Positions 47,567-56,288 of a stretch of 64,000 nt of DNA are shown piece by piece (position 1 is the first letter of the stretch; each line of letters opens with the position of its first letter). The position numbers were made by a program, and so were the translations under genes. The stretch spans positions 3,725 to 67,724 of the forward strand of contig JADFZK010000009.1 of the NCBI GenBank assembly GCA_015232565.1, written 5' to 3'. The stretch is from Candidatus Omnitrophota bacterium (GTDB lineage Bacteria; Omnitrophota; Gorgyraeia; Zapsychrales; Fredricksoniimonadaceae). The notes under the pieces were generated by a model. The model was not told the DNA's origin, did no database searches, and worked only from the letters and a program-made list of their open reading frames with translations.

Positions 47567-47650
47567 GTCTTTCTCGACAGTTTTGGGCAAGTCTGGTATA
47601 ACTGGTTTTCGTTTTCACGATCTTAGGCATACATCTTCAGGTAATCAATG
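47567..47650 (+). pseudogene. Tyrosine recombinase (phage integrase) box-II fragment
   Basis: Translates to ...GKSGITGFRFHDLRHTSSGNQ*, with the conserved HDLRHT box II. No upstream integrase body and no catalytic Tyr region. Confidence 0.5.
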
Positions 47651-47877
47651 ACGGTGGGTTTGCTCTGAATACGGCTTGTGAGAAACTGCCACAGCTTGTG
47701 GCAGAAATAGACGGGCAGAATCCGCCACGGGCCGTGGCAGGAATTCCATGGGGGCATAATGCGTTCCTTTTGGAGAAGCTGAAGGATCCGTTGAAGCGGT
47801 TATGGTATAGTAGTATTTTTTATATTTGCTTCGAAGTCTCCGAGGCCCTGATAGGGCCTCAGGTAGCTATGGGATGA
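47651..47877 (+). pseudogene. DUF1016 / YhcG-like PDDEXK nuclease N-terminal fragment
   Basis: Translates to ...CEKLPQLVAEIDGQNPPRAVAGIPWGHNAFLLEKLKDPLKRLWYSS..., resembling the conserved (L)SWSH...LL..L.DP..R.FY block of YhcG/DUF1016. The frame then decays into the repeat region. Confidence 0.4.
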
Positions 47878-47945
47878 GCAGTAGTATTTCTTATATTTGC
47901 CCCAAAGTCTCCGAGGCCCTGATAGGGCCTCAGGTAGACTTTGGG
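47826..47945. repeat. Two copies of a ~45-bp hairpin-containing direct repeat (REP/MITE-like)
   Basis: TATATTTGC..AAGTCTCCGAGGCCCTGATAGGGCCTCAGGTAG appears twice, about 69 bp apart. Each copy contains the dyad GAGGCCCT-GATA-GGGCCTC. Confidence 0.8.
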
Positions 47946-47970
47946 GCGAAAAAAAAGAATTCTTTTTTTT

Positions 47971-48017
47971 CGGGATGTAGCGCAGCCGCGAGTGGCCGAA
48001 GGCCACGAAGCGTCCCC
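47971..48017 (+). other. Truncated tRNA-Pro-like remnant (5' acceptor/D-arm fused to a 3' acceptor strand)
   Basis: CGGGATGTAGCGCAGC is identical to the first 16 nt of tRNA-Pro found 100 bp downstream. It is followed by a GTGGCCGAAGGCCAC hairpin and then CGTCCCC. Preceded by the palindrome A8GAATTCT8. Confidence 0.5.
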
Positions 48018-48072
48018 TAGGCCGTAGGCCATAGGGGATGGCGTTTGCATACATAGCGAGATTTTGGTTTTA

Positions 48073-48146
48073 CGGGATGTAGCGCAGCTGGCTAGCGCAC
48101 TTGCTTTGGGAGCAAGGGGTCCCGGGTTCGAATCCCGGCGTCCCGA
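48073..48146 (+). tRNA. tRNA-Pro (anticodon TGG)
   Basis: Cloverleaf by eye: acceptor CGGGATG/CGTCCCG, D-arm GCGC-AGCTGGCTA-GCGC, anticodon stem CTTGC/GCAAG with loop TTTGGGA, T-loop GTTCGAATC. No encoded CCA. Confidence 0.8.
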
Positions 48147-48170
48147 TTTTTTCGCCTTCGGCGAAAAAAT
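48147..48170. terminator. Palindromic bidirectional terminator-like hairpin
   Basis: TTTTTTCGCC-TTCG-GCGAAAAAA. Confidence 0.5.
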
Positions 48171-48517
48171 AGAGTAATCGAGATTGGAAAATCGAGAAAT
48201 ATGTTCTCGATTTCGGTCCCAGCCTACCGGTTTAACCGCCTTATGCGGGCTGGCAGGTAATTTCGATTTTCTATTTTCATTTAGAATGCTGTATGACGAG
48301 AATGCCTTCTTCGTAAATGGGGAGGGTTTTTTTGTTAGTAATGGCTGTGATGTTTCTGTAGTTGGCCGTCTAGCGCAGATCGGCTGGGCTTAACTGCGCA
48401 TACTTTCGCTGGTCAAGCGGCTGCGGCTGGGGTAGACTTAGGCGCTGTAAAGGGGGATCTGCGCTGGATCCCGGGAATATTACCAGGGCCGCTTTCTTAG
48501 GGGCTTCTGAAAAATCA

Positions 48518-50794
48518 TTGGTATTTTATATGCATCGGGACCACTCAAAGCTGATTTGTGACATCAGCGAACTTACTGCCCTTTTTACCGACACGGCCAA
48601 TCTGGATTCCCTTCTGCAAAAGATCGTGGAAATGATCGCGCACCATATGAACGCGGGGGTGTGCTCGGTTTATTTGTATTATGAAGAGGCCGACGAGCTG
48701 GTGCTTAAGGCCACTCAGGGTTTGCGGCTGGATTCCGTTGGGCAGGTTAAGCTGAAGCTGGGTGAAGGTTTGACCGGCAAGGCTTTGCTGGAAATGCGTC
48801 CGGTCTGTGAGGGCAATGCCCGGCTGCATCCTTCGTTCCGGCTGTTTACCGGGATCGGTGAGGAGAAGTTTTGTTCATTTATGGCGGTGCCGATCTTGCG
48901 TGGCCAGAACCGGATAGGGGTAATGACCCTGCAGAGCGAGCAGAAAGACCATTTTACGGCGGAGGATGTGAATATCTTCCGAGCGGTCACCTCCCAGCTG
49001 GCTAATACCATTGAAATGGCCAAGCTGTTGATAGGGATCAACAAAACTGTGCCGGACGAGAAGAAGACTGCGGTGCGGGTGTCACAGCTGAAGTTCGTTA
49101 AAGGGCGTTCCGGGGCGGAAGGGTTTGCCATGGGTGAGGCGGTGGTAGTGCGCCTGCCGGCGCTGGAAGATATGCTTGCCGTGGGCAGTGAGCAACCGCT
49201 TACGCTGGAGCATTTGCGCGCGGCGGTTTTAGCCACCGAACGCCAGCTGGAATCTTTTCAGAAAGCGATCGAGACCAAATTGTTCGATGTGGCCTCGCTT
49301 ATTTTCTCCGCGCAGATCCTGATGCTCAAGGACCAGGCCATGCTCGGCGCGATGGAGGCTTTGATCAACAGCGGGGCGACTCCGCAAGAGGCGGTGCGCC
49401 AGGTGGTGGCGGAATATGTGGCCCGTTTCGACAAAATGCCCAACGCCTTCCTGCGGGAGAAGCGTTACGATGTTATTGATGTCGGCCGGCGTTTGCTGGA
49501 GAACCTGGTGGGCGTGCGCGGCGTGGAGCGGCAGTATGCCCGCAAAATAGTTATTGCGCGTGAGCTGCTGCCTTCGGACGCGCTCAAGCTGAGCACCCAG
49601 GGGGTGCAGGGGGTCGTCCTTTTAAGCGGCGGGGTCACTTCGCATGTGGCTGTGCTGGCGCGTTCGCTTAATATCCCTTTGATAATTGCCGATGAGGAGG
49701 CGTTATTGTCGCTGGCGCCGCAGGCGGTGCTTTTGCTCGACGGTGAACAAGGCAATGTGTATGTGGATCCCGAACCGGGGGTGGTAGCGGCGTTCAAAGA
49801 AAAAGAGGCTTTGCGCAAAGGCGCCGCCCAGGCTTGCCGTAATGTCAAGGCCCGGACGCTCACCAAAGACGGCGCGGTAGTGCATTTGCTGGCCAATATC
49901 AATCTGCTCGGCGACCTGGCGGTGGCGAAAGATTACCAGGCCGAGGGCGTGGGCCTGTACCGTACGGAGTTCCCGTTCATTGTGCGCAGTGATTTTCCGA
50001 CCGAGGAAGAACAGTATGTGATCTATCGTAAACTGGTCGAGATCATGAAAGGCCGCCCGATCACGTTTCGCACGCTGGATATTGGCGGTGACAAGGCTTT
50101 GTCGTATTACGATTATGCCAAGGAAGCCAATCCGTTCCTGGGCTTGCGGTCGATCCGGTTCTCCTTGCGGCACCAGGATGTTTTCGCCCAGCAGGTGCGC
50201 GCCATCCTGCGGGCGGGCGCGGTAAGCCCGGTCCGGATAATGTTCCCGATGGTTTCTTCGCTCGATGATTTCTTTGCCGCGCGCGCGGTAGTGGTGGAAT
50301 GTGCCGCCCAGCTGAAAAGTTCCGGGATCCCCCATTTGGCGGCGCCCGAGATCGGGGTGATGATCGAAACGCCTTCGGCGGTGGAAATGTCCGACGAACT
50401 GGCCCGTGAAGCCGCGTTTTTCTCGGTGGGTACCAATGACCTTATTCAATATGTCCTGGCGGTCGACCGGACGAACGAGAAAGTGGCCGACTTGTATGTG
50501 CCGCATCATCCGTCGGTTCTGCGCGCCCTGGAACGCACGGCCCGGGCGGCGGTACGGCATAAAAAAGATATTTCGATCTGCGGAGATATGGCCCATGATC
50601 CGCGCTACATGCCGTTCCTGCTTGGTATTGGTATCCGGTCTTTTAGTGTGGATGCGCGGTATATCCTTAAGATCCAGGAGCGTATAATGTCCCTTGATAC
50701 TACGTCTGCCCGGCAAACAGCGGAAAAGTTGCTGGGCCTCGTGAGTATTGTGGCTATCGAGAAAGAGTTGGCCAGTGAATATCCTGTGGCTTAG
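48518..50794 (+). CDS. ptsP: Phosphoenolpyruvate-protein phosphotransferase with an N-terminal GAF domain (EI-Ntr)
   Basis: N-terminal GAF-like region. PEP-utilising enzyme domains, including the phospho-His region (GGVTSHVAVLARSLNIP) and the C-terminal TIM barrel (FRTLDIGGDK). Confidence 0.85.
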   Translation: MVFYMHRDHSKLICDISELTALFTDTANLDSLLQKIVEMIAHHMNAGVCSVYLYYEEADELVLKATQGLRLDSVGQVKLKLGEGLTGKALLEMRPVCEGNARLHPSFRLFTGIGEEKFCSFMAVPILRGQNRIGVMTLQSEQKDHFTAEDVNIFRAVTSQLANTIEMAKLLIGINKTVPDEKKTAVRVSQLKFVKGRSGAEGFAMGEAVVVRLPALEDMLAVGSEQPLTLEHLRAAVLATERQLESFQKAIETKLFDVASLIFSAQILMLKDQAMLGAMEALINSGATPQEAVRQVVAEYVARFDKMPNAFLREKRYDVIDVGRRLLENLVGVRGVERQYARKIVIARELLPSDALKLSTQGVQGVVLLSGGVTSHVAVLARSLNIPLIIADEEALLSLAPQAVLLLDGEQGNVYVDPEPGVVAAFKEKEALRKGAAQACRNVKARTLTKDGAVVHLLANINLLGDLAVAKDYQAEGVGLYRTEFPFIVRSDFPTEEEQYVIYRKLVEIMKGRPITFRTLDIGGDKALSYYDYAKEANPFLGLRSIRFSLRHQDVFAQQVRAILRAGAVSPVRIMFPMVSSLDDFFAARAVVVECAAQLKSSGIPHLAAPEIGVMIETPSAVEMSDELAREAAFFSVGTNDLIQYVLAVDRTNEKVADLYVPHHPSVLRALERTARAAVRHKKDISICGDMAHDPRYMPFLLGIGIRSFSVDARYILKIQERIMSLDTTSARQTAEKLLGLVSIVAIEKELASEYPVA

Positions 50795-52382
50795 GCGTTC
50801 CTGTTGGGCGCTGGTGGTTGTTCTGATGTTCGCCGCGGCGTGGCTGCATTTTGCGGGCCGCATCAACCTGTTAACGGCCGACCTGGGCCGGCACCTGGTG
50901 AATGGCCGGGAGTTCTTCGCCAGCCATCTTATCCTTACCACCAATTATTATTCGTACACCAATCCTGATTTCCTGGCGCTTTGCCATCATTGGGGGATCG
51001 GCCCTTTTTTCTATGCCTGCTGGCAGGCCTGGGGTTTTTCCGGCCTCTCGGCGGTGTATACCGGGATCCTGTGGGCCACTTTGGTCCTGGCGGTCTTTAC
51101 CGCCCGACGTTCCGCGGGCAATGGAGCGGTTGTTCTGGCGGGTATGCTGGCGTTACCGCTGGCCGCTTACCGTATAGAGATCCGCCCGGAAGGCGTAAGC
51201 ACCCTGTTCTTGATGATCGAATATTTCCTTTTGTCCGAATGGCGCGCCGGACGTGTGCGCGGGGCGTGGTTGTGGGTCATTGTGCTTTTGCAGGTGGTGT
51301 GGGTTAACGTGCATATTCTGTTTTTCAGCGGCCTGGTCCTGACGGGAGTTTATTGGCTGGATGCCAGGCTTTCTTTTGCGCCAGCCGATAACCGCTGTCG
51401 TACGATAAACTGGATCTTCGGCGGTGCGCTTTTGGCTTCTTTGGTTAATCCGTTTACTTTTTTTGGTTTGTCCCAGCCTTTGTCGATATTTCAGGGGTAT
51501 GGTTACGACCTGGTGGAGAACCAGACCATTTTCTTTATGCTCAGGCGCTTCCCGGGCAACCAGGTGTACGGATATTTTCTGATGTTGTTTCTGGCCAGCC
51601 TGTTATTGTTGGTGGCGCGCTGGTCCCGGGATGGCGGCTGGCGCAAGGTTTTGCCGCAGGCTTTATTGTGGTTATTTTTCGGATTGATGGCGGTCAAGTC
51701 GGTGCGGGCTATTGCCATGTTCAGTTTTATCTTTATTCCCGTGGTGGCGGAAAGCCTGGAAACACTGTTGCGGCACAAGCGGCAATGGCGCCGGCTGGCC
51801 GGCTGGACGGGAGTGGGTTTGGTGTTTTTGGCGGTGGCCTGGCCGTCTTCTTTATGGTCGCCGGTGGGCAAGTTTGCACCTTATGTGGCCGAGGAGCGGC
51901 ACAAGAAGGCGTTCTTTTATATCCTGGCGCGGCCGGATATCTGGAGCGGCCTTATGCCGGGAGTGGAAAGATCGGCGGATTTCTTTAAGTCGGCCGGATT
52001 GAAAGGGCCGGTTTTTAACAATTACGATATCGGCGGTTACTTTATTTTTTACTTATTCCCGCAAGAACGCCCTTTCGTGGATAATAGGCCGGAAGCGTAC
52101 CCGGTGGATTTCTTTAAACGGACATACTCTCCTATGCAGGAGCAGGAAGCGGTCTGGCAGGCCCAGGCGCAAAAACACGGCTTTGAGCTGATTTATTTTT
52201 ACCGTCACGATATTACGCCCTGGGCCCAGCCTTTTTTATTGCGGCGGCTGGACGATCCCCAATGGGCGCCGGTGTTCGTGGATGATTACACGCTCATCCT
52301 GGCTCGCCGGGGCGGAGTTAACCAGGCGGTGATCGGCCGCCATGAGTTACCGCGGGCCATGTTTAAGAAAACAACTAATTGA
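50748..52382 (+). CDS. Polytopic membrane protein with a C-terminal soluble domain (possible GT-C-like glycosyltransferase)
   Basis: About 11 predicted TM helices, then a ~100-aa soluble tail. The true start may be ~80 bp downstream. No firm family assignment. Confidence 0.35.
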   Translation: MWLSRKSWPVNILWLRRSCWALVVVLMFAAAWLHFAGRINLLTADLGRHLVNGREFFASHLILTTNYYSYTNPDFLALCHHWGIGPFFYACWQAWGFSGLSAVYTGILWATLVLAVFTARRSAGNGAVVLAGMLALPLAAYRIEIRPEGVSTLFLMIEYFLLSEWRAGRVRGAWLWVIVLLQVVWVNVHILFFSGLVLTGVYWLDARLSFAPADNRCRTINWIFGGALLASLVNPFTFFGLSQPLSIFQGYGYDLVENQTIFFMLRRFPGNQVYGYFLMLFLASLLLLVARWSRDGGWRKVLPQALLWLFFGLMAVKSVRAIAMFSFIFIPVVAESLETLLRHKRQWRRLAGWTGVGLVFLAVAWPSSLWSPVGKFAPYVAEERHKKAFFYILARPDIWSGLMPGVERSADFFKSAGLKGPVFNNYDIGGYFIFYLFPQERPFVDNRPEAYPVDFFKRTYSPMQEQEAVWQAQAQKHGFELIYFYRHDITPWAQPFLLRRLDDPQWAPVFVDDYTLILARRGGVNQAVIGRHELPRAMFKKTTN

Positions 52383-54808
52383 GAAATATGCTAAAAGTCG
52401 ACCTGCACGTTCATTCCCGTTATTCCTCCAACCCGGCGGATGCCCTGCTGAAAAAGTTCGGTACGCAGGAGTCTTATACCGAGGTGGACGAGGTTTACCA
52501 GGCGGCCAAAGAGCGGGGTATGGGCCTGGTGACCATCACCGACCACAACACTATTGGCGGCGCGCTTAAGCTGGTGGAGAAATATCCCCGCGAGGCGTTC
52601 CTGGGCGTGGAACTGACCACCATGTTCCCGGAGGACGGCTGTGCGGTGCATTTGCTGGTGTTTGGTTTCACTCCGGCGCAGTTCGCCGAGATGGATGCTT
52701 TGCGTTACGATATTTATCAGTTGCGCGATTACATCAAGGCCGCCGGCTTGCCGTATTCCGTGGCGCACCCTTCGTACAGCGTGAATGGCAAGTTAACGCT
52801 GGCGGCGATCGAGAAGCTTTTACTGCTTTTTGATGTTTTCGAGACTGTAAATGGCGCGCGGGTGGCGGCGTATAACGATCTTTTTAAGAAGGTGCTTGCC
52901 GGTCTTACTCCGGAGCGTATCGAGGGGTTGCGAAAAAAACATTTGATCGCTCCGATGAGCGACACGCCCTGGCGGAAAGGCTTTACCGGAGGTTCGGATG
53001 AACACGCCGGCCTGTTCATAGGCGAGACTTTCACCCTGGCCGAAGCCGTCGATAAAGAAGGTTTTCTGGCGTGCCTGGCGCACAAGTCTACGGATAGCGG
53101 CGGGCGCAGTAATCATTACAAGACCCAGGTCTATACTTTTCTCAAGATCATCCATCAATATTCGCGCAGTCGGGCCGATTGGGCCCGGCATGCCCCGGAC
53201 AATGCGCTTCGTACGCAGATCCGGCGTTCCGGCGGCTCGGCTGTAAAGCGAGCCTGGGATGAGCTTTGCGGGGCGATTTTCGACGGGAAGAGCCTGGGCT
53301 GGAAAACCCAGCTGAAGATCGAACAGCTCAAGCGCAGCCGCAAGGGCAATGCCCGGCTGATCGCTTCCCAGGTGAGTTCTTTGGTACGGAAACTGGTGCA
53401 CAATCCTCATATGCCGCACCAGGAGCGCATCGACCTGATTTATGAGACGGTGGCTGGTATTGAGGACGAATTCTTCATTTCCAACTTCGAAGCGTTCCGC
53501 GAGGGCTTCGCCAAGGGCGATATCCTTAAGCTTATGAGCAGTATAACGGCGGTATTCCGTTCGTTTTTATTGTCTTTGCCTTTCCTGGGGACTTTCCGGC
53601 ATTTGCATCAGTCCAGCGCTATCATGGACGAACTGCGCGCCGCCTTCCTGGGTGTGGTACCGGCGCAAGATAAAAAGATCCTCTGGTTCACCGACACGCT
53701 GGATGACCTTAACGGGGTCTCGGTTACGCTTAAGGGGTTTTCCGAGGAAGCGGCGGCCCGCGGGTTATGGCTTAAGCTGGTAACGGTGCAGGTGCCGGGC
53801 GCCCGTCCGGTGCCGGCCCGGGTGGACCTGCCGATGGTCTATGAATATACTCCGGATTTCTATCCCAGTTATAAAATGCGTTTTCCGTCCTTGTTGAAGT
53901 CGCTGGAGAAGATCTATGATGAAGCTCCTACCGAGATAGTGGTTTCGACCCCCGGACCGGTGGGCATGGTGGGCATATTGGCGGCCCGGCTGTTTGGCAT
54001 ACCCTGCCGGGGAATATATCATTCGGATTTTACCCGGATGACCGAACTGGGGCTTAGCGGCGGCACGGTGGCCAGCGTGGTCCAGGGTTATGTGCGCTGG
54101 TTTTATTCCCGGATGGACGTGGTGTTCGCCCCGACGCAGGAAACGGTCAAAATGTTGTCTGGGCGCGGTTATGATGTCTTGAGCCTGCAGGTCTTTCGGC
54201 GCGGGATCGACCACAGCGTTTATACGCCGGTGGCCGGCGACCGGGCGGCGTTGCGGGCCTGTTATAACCTGGATGCGCGTTTTACTTTACTCTATGCCGG
54301 GAGGGTCAGCGCCGACAAAAGCCTGCGCTTCCTGGCCCGGGTTTACCGGGAACTGGTTGCGCGCGGGGAGGAGATCAACCTGGTGATTGCCGGCGAAGGG
54401 CCGCTTTTAGCCGAGTTGAAAGAAACTTTGTCCGGTTTGCCGCGGGTACGTTTTACCGGGCGGGTGGAGCCCCGGGACATGCCGTTGGTGTATTCGGTCT
54501 CGGACCTGCTGGTGTTCCCCAGTACAATGGACACGTTCGGGATGTCGGTGCTGGAGGCGCAGGCTTGCGAATTGCCGGCGCTGGTGACCAATGTCGGCGG
54601 GCCGCAGGAAGTGATCGAGCCCGGCGTTACCGGCTGGGTTGCCGCGGCGGATAATGCCGGCGCTTGGGCCGAAGGCATATTGCAAGTCAAGAGGTTGTAC
54701 GATAATGACCGGACTGCATTGCAAACAATAAAGAGTGCAGCGCGGCAAAGGGCGCAAAAACTGTTTTCCTGGGAGGCGGCGTTAGGCGCGCTGTATGGTT
54801 ATGAATGA
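52379..54808 (+). CDS. Fusion protein: N-terminal PHP-domain phosphoesterase plus C-terminal GT4-family glycosyltransferase
   Basis: PHP motifs LKVDLHVHSRYS...ITDHNT. The C-terminal GT1/GT4 domain has the E-x7-E region (GMSVLEAQACELPALVTNVGGPQEVIEPGVTGW). Confidence 0.7.
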   Translation: MRNMLKVDLHVHSRYSSNPADALLKKFGTQESYTEVDEVYQAAKERGMGLVTITDHNTIGGALKLVEKYPREAFLGVELTTMFPEDGCAVHLLVFGFTPAQFAEMDALRYDIYQLRDYIKAAGLPYSVAHPSYSVNGKLTLAAIEKLLLLFDVFETVNGARVAAYNDLFKKVLAGLTPERIEGLRKKHLIAPMSDTPWRKGFTGGSDEHAGLFIGETFTLAEAVDKEGFLACLAHKSTDSGGRSNHYKTQVYTFLKIIHQYSRSRADWARHAPDNALRTQIRRSGGSAVKRAWDELCGAIFDGKSLGWKTQLKIEQLKRSRKGNARLIASQVSSLVRKLVHNPHMPHQERIDLIYETVAGIEDEFFISNFEAFREGFAKGDILKLMSSITAVFRSFLLSLPFLGTFRHLHQSSAIMDELRAAFLGVVPAQDKKILWFTDTLDDLNGVSVTLKGFSEEAAARGLWLKLVTVQVPGARPVPARVDLPMVYEYTPDFYPSYKMRFPSLLKSLEKIYDEAPTEIVVSTPGPVGMVGILAARLFGIPCRGIYHSDFTRMTELGLSGGTVASVVQGYVRWFYSRMDVVFAPTQETVKMLSGRGYDVLSLQVFRRGIDHSVYTPVAGDRAALRACYNLDARFTLLYAGRVSADKSLRFLARVYRELVARGEEINLVIAGEGPLLAELKETLSGLPRVRFTGRVEPRDMPLVYSVSDLLVFPSTMDTFGMSVLEAQACELPALVTNVGGPQEVIEPGVTGWVAAADNAGAWAEGILQVKRLYDNDRTALQTIKSAARQRAQKLFSWEAALGALYGYE

Positions 54809-56273
54809 CCCTTACGAAATAGATCTTTCCGGCATTGCCCGTAATGCCATGCGGCGCTATGGCTTCGACCCCGATTTTCCGGCGGAAGTTATGCGGGAAG
54901 TCGAGCAGGTAACGGCTGAGCGCGGTCCGGAGGCCGCTGGTGAAGGCGTGCGCGATCTGTCCGGCCTGCTGTGGTCGTCGATCGATAATGAAGATTCCCT
55001 GGACCTCGACCAGATTGAATATTGCGAGCGCGGCCCCGGGAATGAGATATTGGTAAAGGTGGGGATCGCGGATGTGGATCGTTTTGTGCCCAAGGGGTCC
55101 AAAACCGATAGGCGGGCTTTACATAATGGCAACTCGGTTTATACCGGGGTGGAGACTTTTCCTATGTTGCCGGACCGCTTGTCGGCCGATATTTCCTCGT
55201 TGCGCCCCGGCGTGGTACGTGCGGCGATGGTAGTGGAGTTCGCGGTGTTGCCCAACGGCAGTATCCGGCAGGGTGACATATACCGGGCGCGGGTAATGAA
55301 CCGGGCCAAACTGGTTTACGAAGAGGTGGGGGCCTGGCTGGAAGACCGGGGCGCGCCGCCCAAAGAATTTGCCGCTATTGCCGGACTGGAAGCTCAACTG
55401 CGTTTGCAGGATGAAGCCGCCGAGCGGCTGAAGGTTTTTCGTATGGAGCAGGGCGCGCTGGACCTGGAAAGCCTGGAGACGCGGGCGGTAAAAGAGAACG
55501 GCATGGTAGTGGCTTTGATCCTGCCGCAGGAGAATCGCGCCCAGCATCTTATTGAGAATTTTATGATCGCGGCCAACCGCACGGTGATGGACCGCCTCGG
55601 CAAGGCCGGGATGATGGCCATTCAGCGGGTGGTACGCACTCCGCGGGACTGGAAAGGTTTGCGCGACCTGGCGGCTACTTATCACGAGCGTTTGCCTTTC
55701 GAGCCGAGTTCCCGGGAGTTGTCGCAGTTCCTGGTTAAACGCAAGATCGCCGACCGGCCGCGTTTTCCGGACTTGTCTCTGGCGGTCGTGAAATTACTGG
55801 GCCCCGGCGAGTATGAAATGCTGGAAGCCGGCAAGCCTCCGGTGGGGCACTTTGGCCTGGCGGTGTCGGATTATACGCATGCGACCGCCCCCAACCGCCG
55901 CTATGTGGATGTGATCACCCAGCGTTTGTTGAAAGCCGTCCTGGCCGGGCGGGCCAGCCCGTATACTACCGCGGAATTGCAGGAATGTGCGCTGTGGTGT
56001 ACCGAACGCGACAAGGCGGCAAAGAAGGTGGAGCGTTTTATGCGCAAGGTGGAGGCCGCAATGTTGTTAACCGGCCGTATCGGCGATGAATTCGAGGGGA
56101 TCGTTACCGGCGCTTCCGAAAAGGGCACCTATGTGCGGCTGGTTGACCCGCCGGTGGAGGGCAAGGTGGTGCGCGGTTACGAGCGGATGCGCGTTGGCGA
56201 GAAAGTACGGGTGCGTTTAACCGGCCTGGATCCCGCCGAGGGGCATATCGATCTGGTGCGGATCAGAGGGTAA
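54795..56273 (+). CDS. RNB-domain exoribonuclease (RNase II/R family, short form) with a C-terminal S1 domain
   Basis: RNB-like central catalytic region. C-terminal S1-like segment (GIVTGASEKGTYVRLVDPPVEGKV). Confidence 0.65.
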   Translation: MVMNDPYEIDLSGIARNAMRRYGFDPDFPAEVMREVEQVTAERGPEAAGEGVRDLSGLLWSSIDNEDSLDLDQIEYCERGPGNEILVKVGIADVDRFVPKGSKTDRRALHNGNSVYTGVETFPMLPDRLSADISSLRPGVVRAAMVVEFAVLPNGSIRQGDIYRARVMNRAKLVYEEVGAWLEDRGAPPKEFAAIAGLEAQLRLQDEAAERLKVFRMEQGALDLESLETRAVKENGMVVALILPQENRAQHLIENFMIAANRTVMDRLGKAGMMAIQRVVRTPRDWKGLRDLAATYHERLPFEPSSRELSQFLVKRKIADRPRFPDLSLAVVKLLGPGEYEMLEAGKPPVGHFGLAVSDYTHATAPNRRYVDVITQRLLKAVLAGRASPYTTAELQECALWCTERDKAAKKVERFMRKVEAAMLLTGRIGDEFEGIVTGASEKGTYVRLVDPPVEGKVVRGYERMRVGEKVRVRLTGLDPAEGHIDLVRIRG

Positions 56274-56288
56274 TTACAGGGTGGCCCG

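Noticed and set aside
47826-47945. Possible CRISPR-like repeat (two copies of a ~45-bp hairpin-containing repeat)
   Set aside because: Only two copies with a ~25-bp spacer. No third repeat, no leader and no cas genes anywhere in the window. More consistent with a REP/MITE-like or att-site relic.
48340-48400. tRNA-like start GGCCGTCTAGCGCAGATCGGCTGGGC upstream of ptsP
   Set aside because: It begins like a tRNA acceptor/D-arm, but no anticodon arm, T-arm or matching 3' acceptor strand follows. Possibly another relic, but not supportable as a gene.
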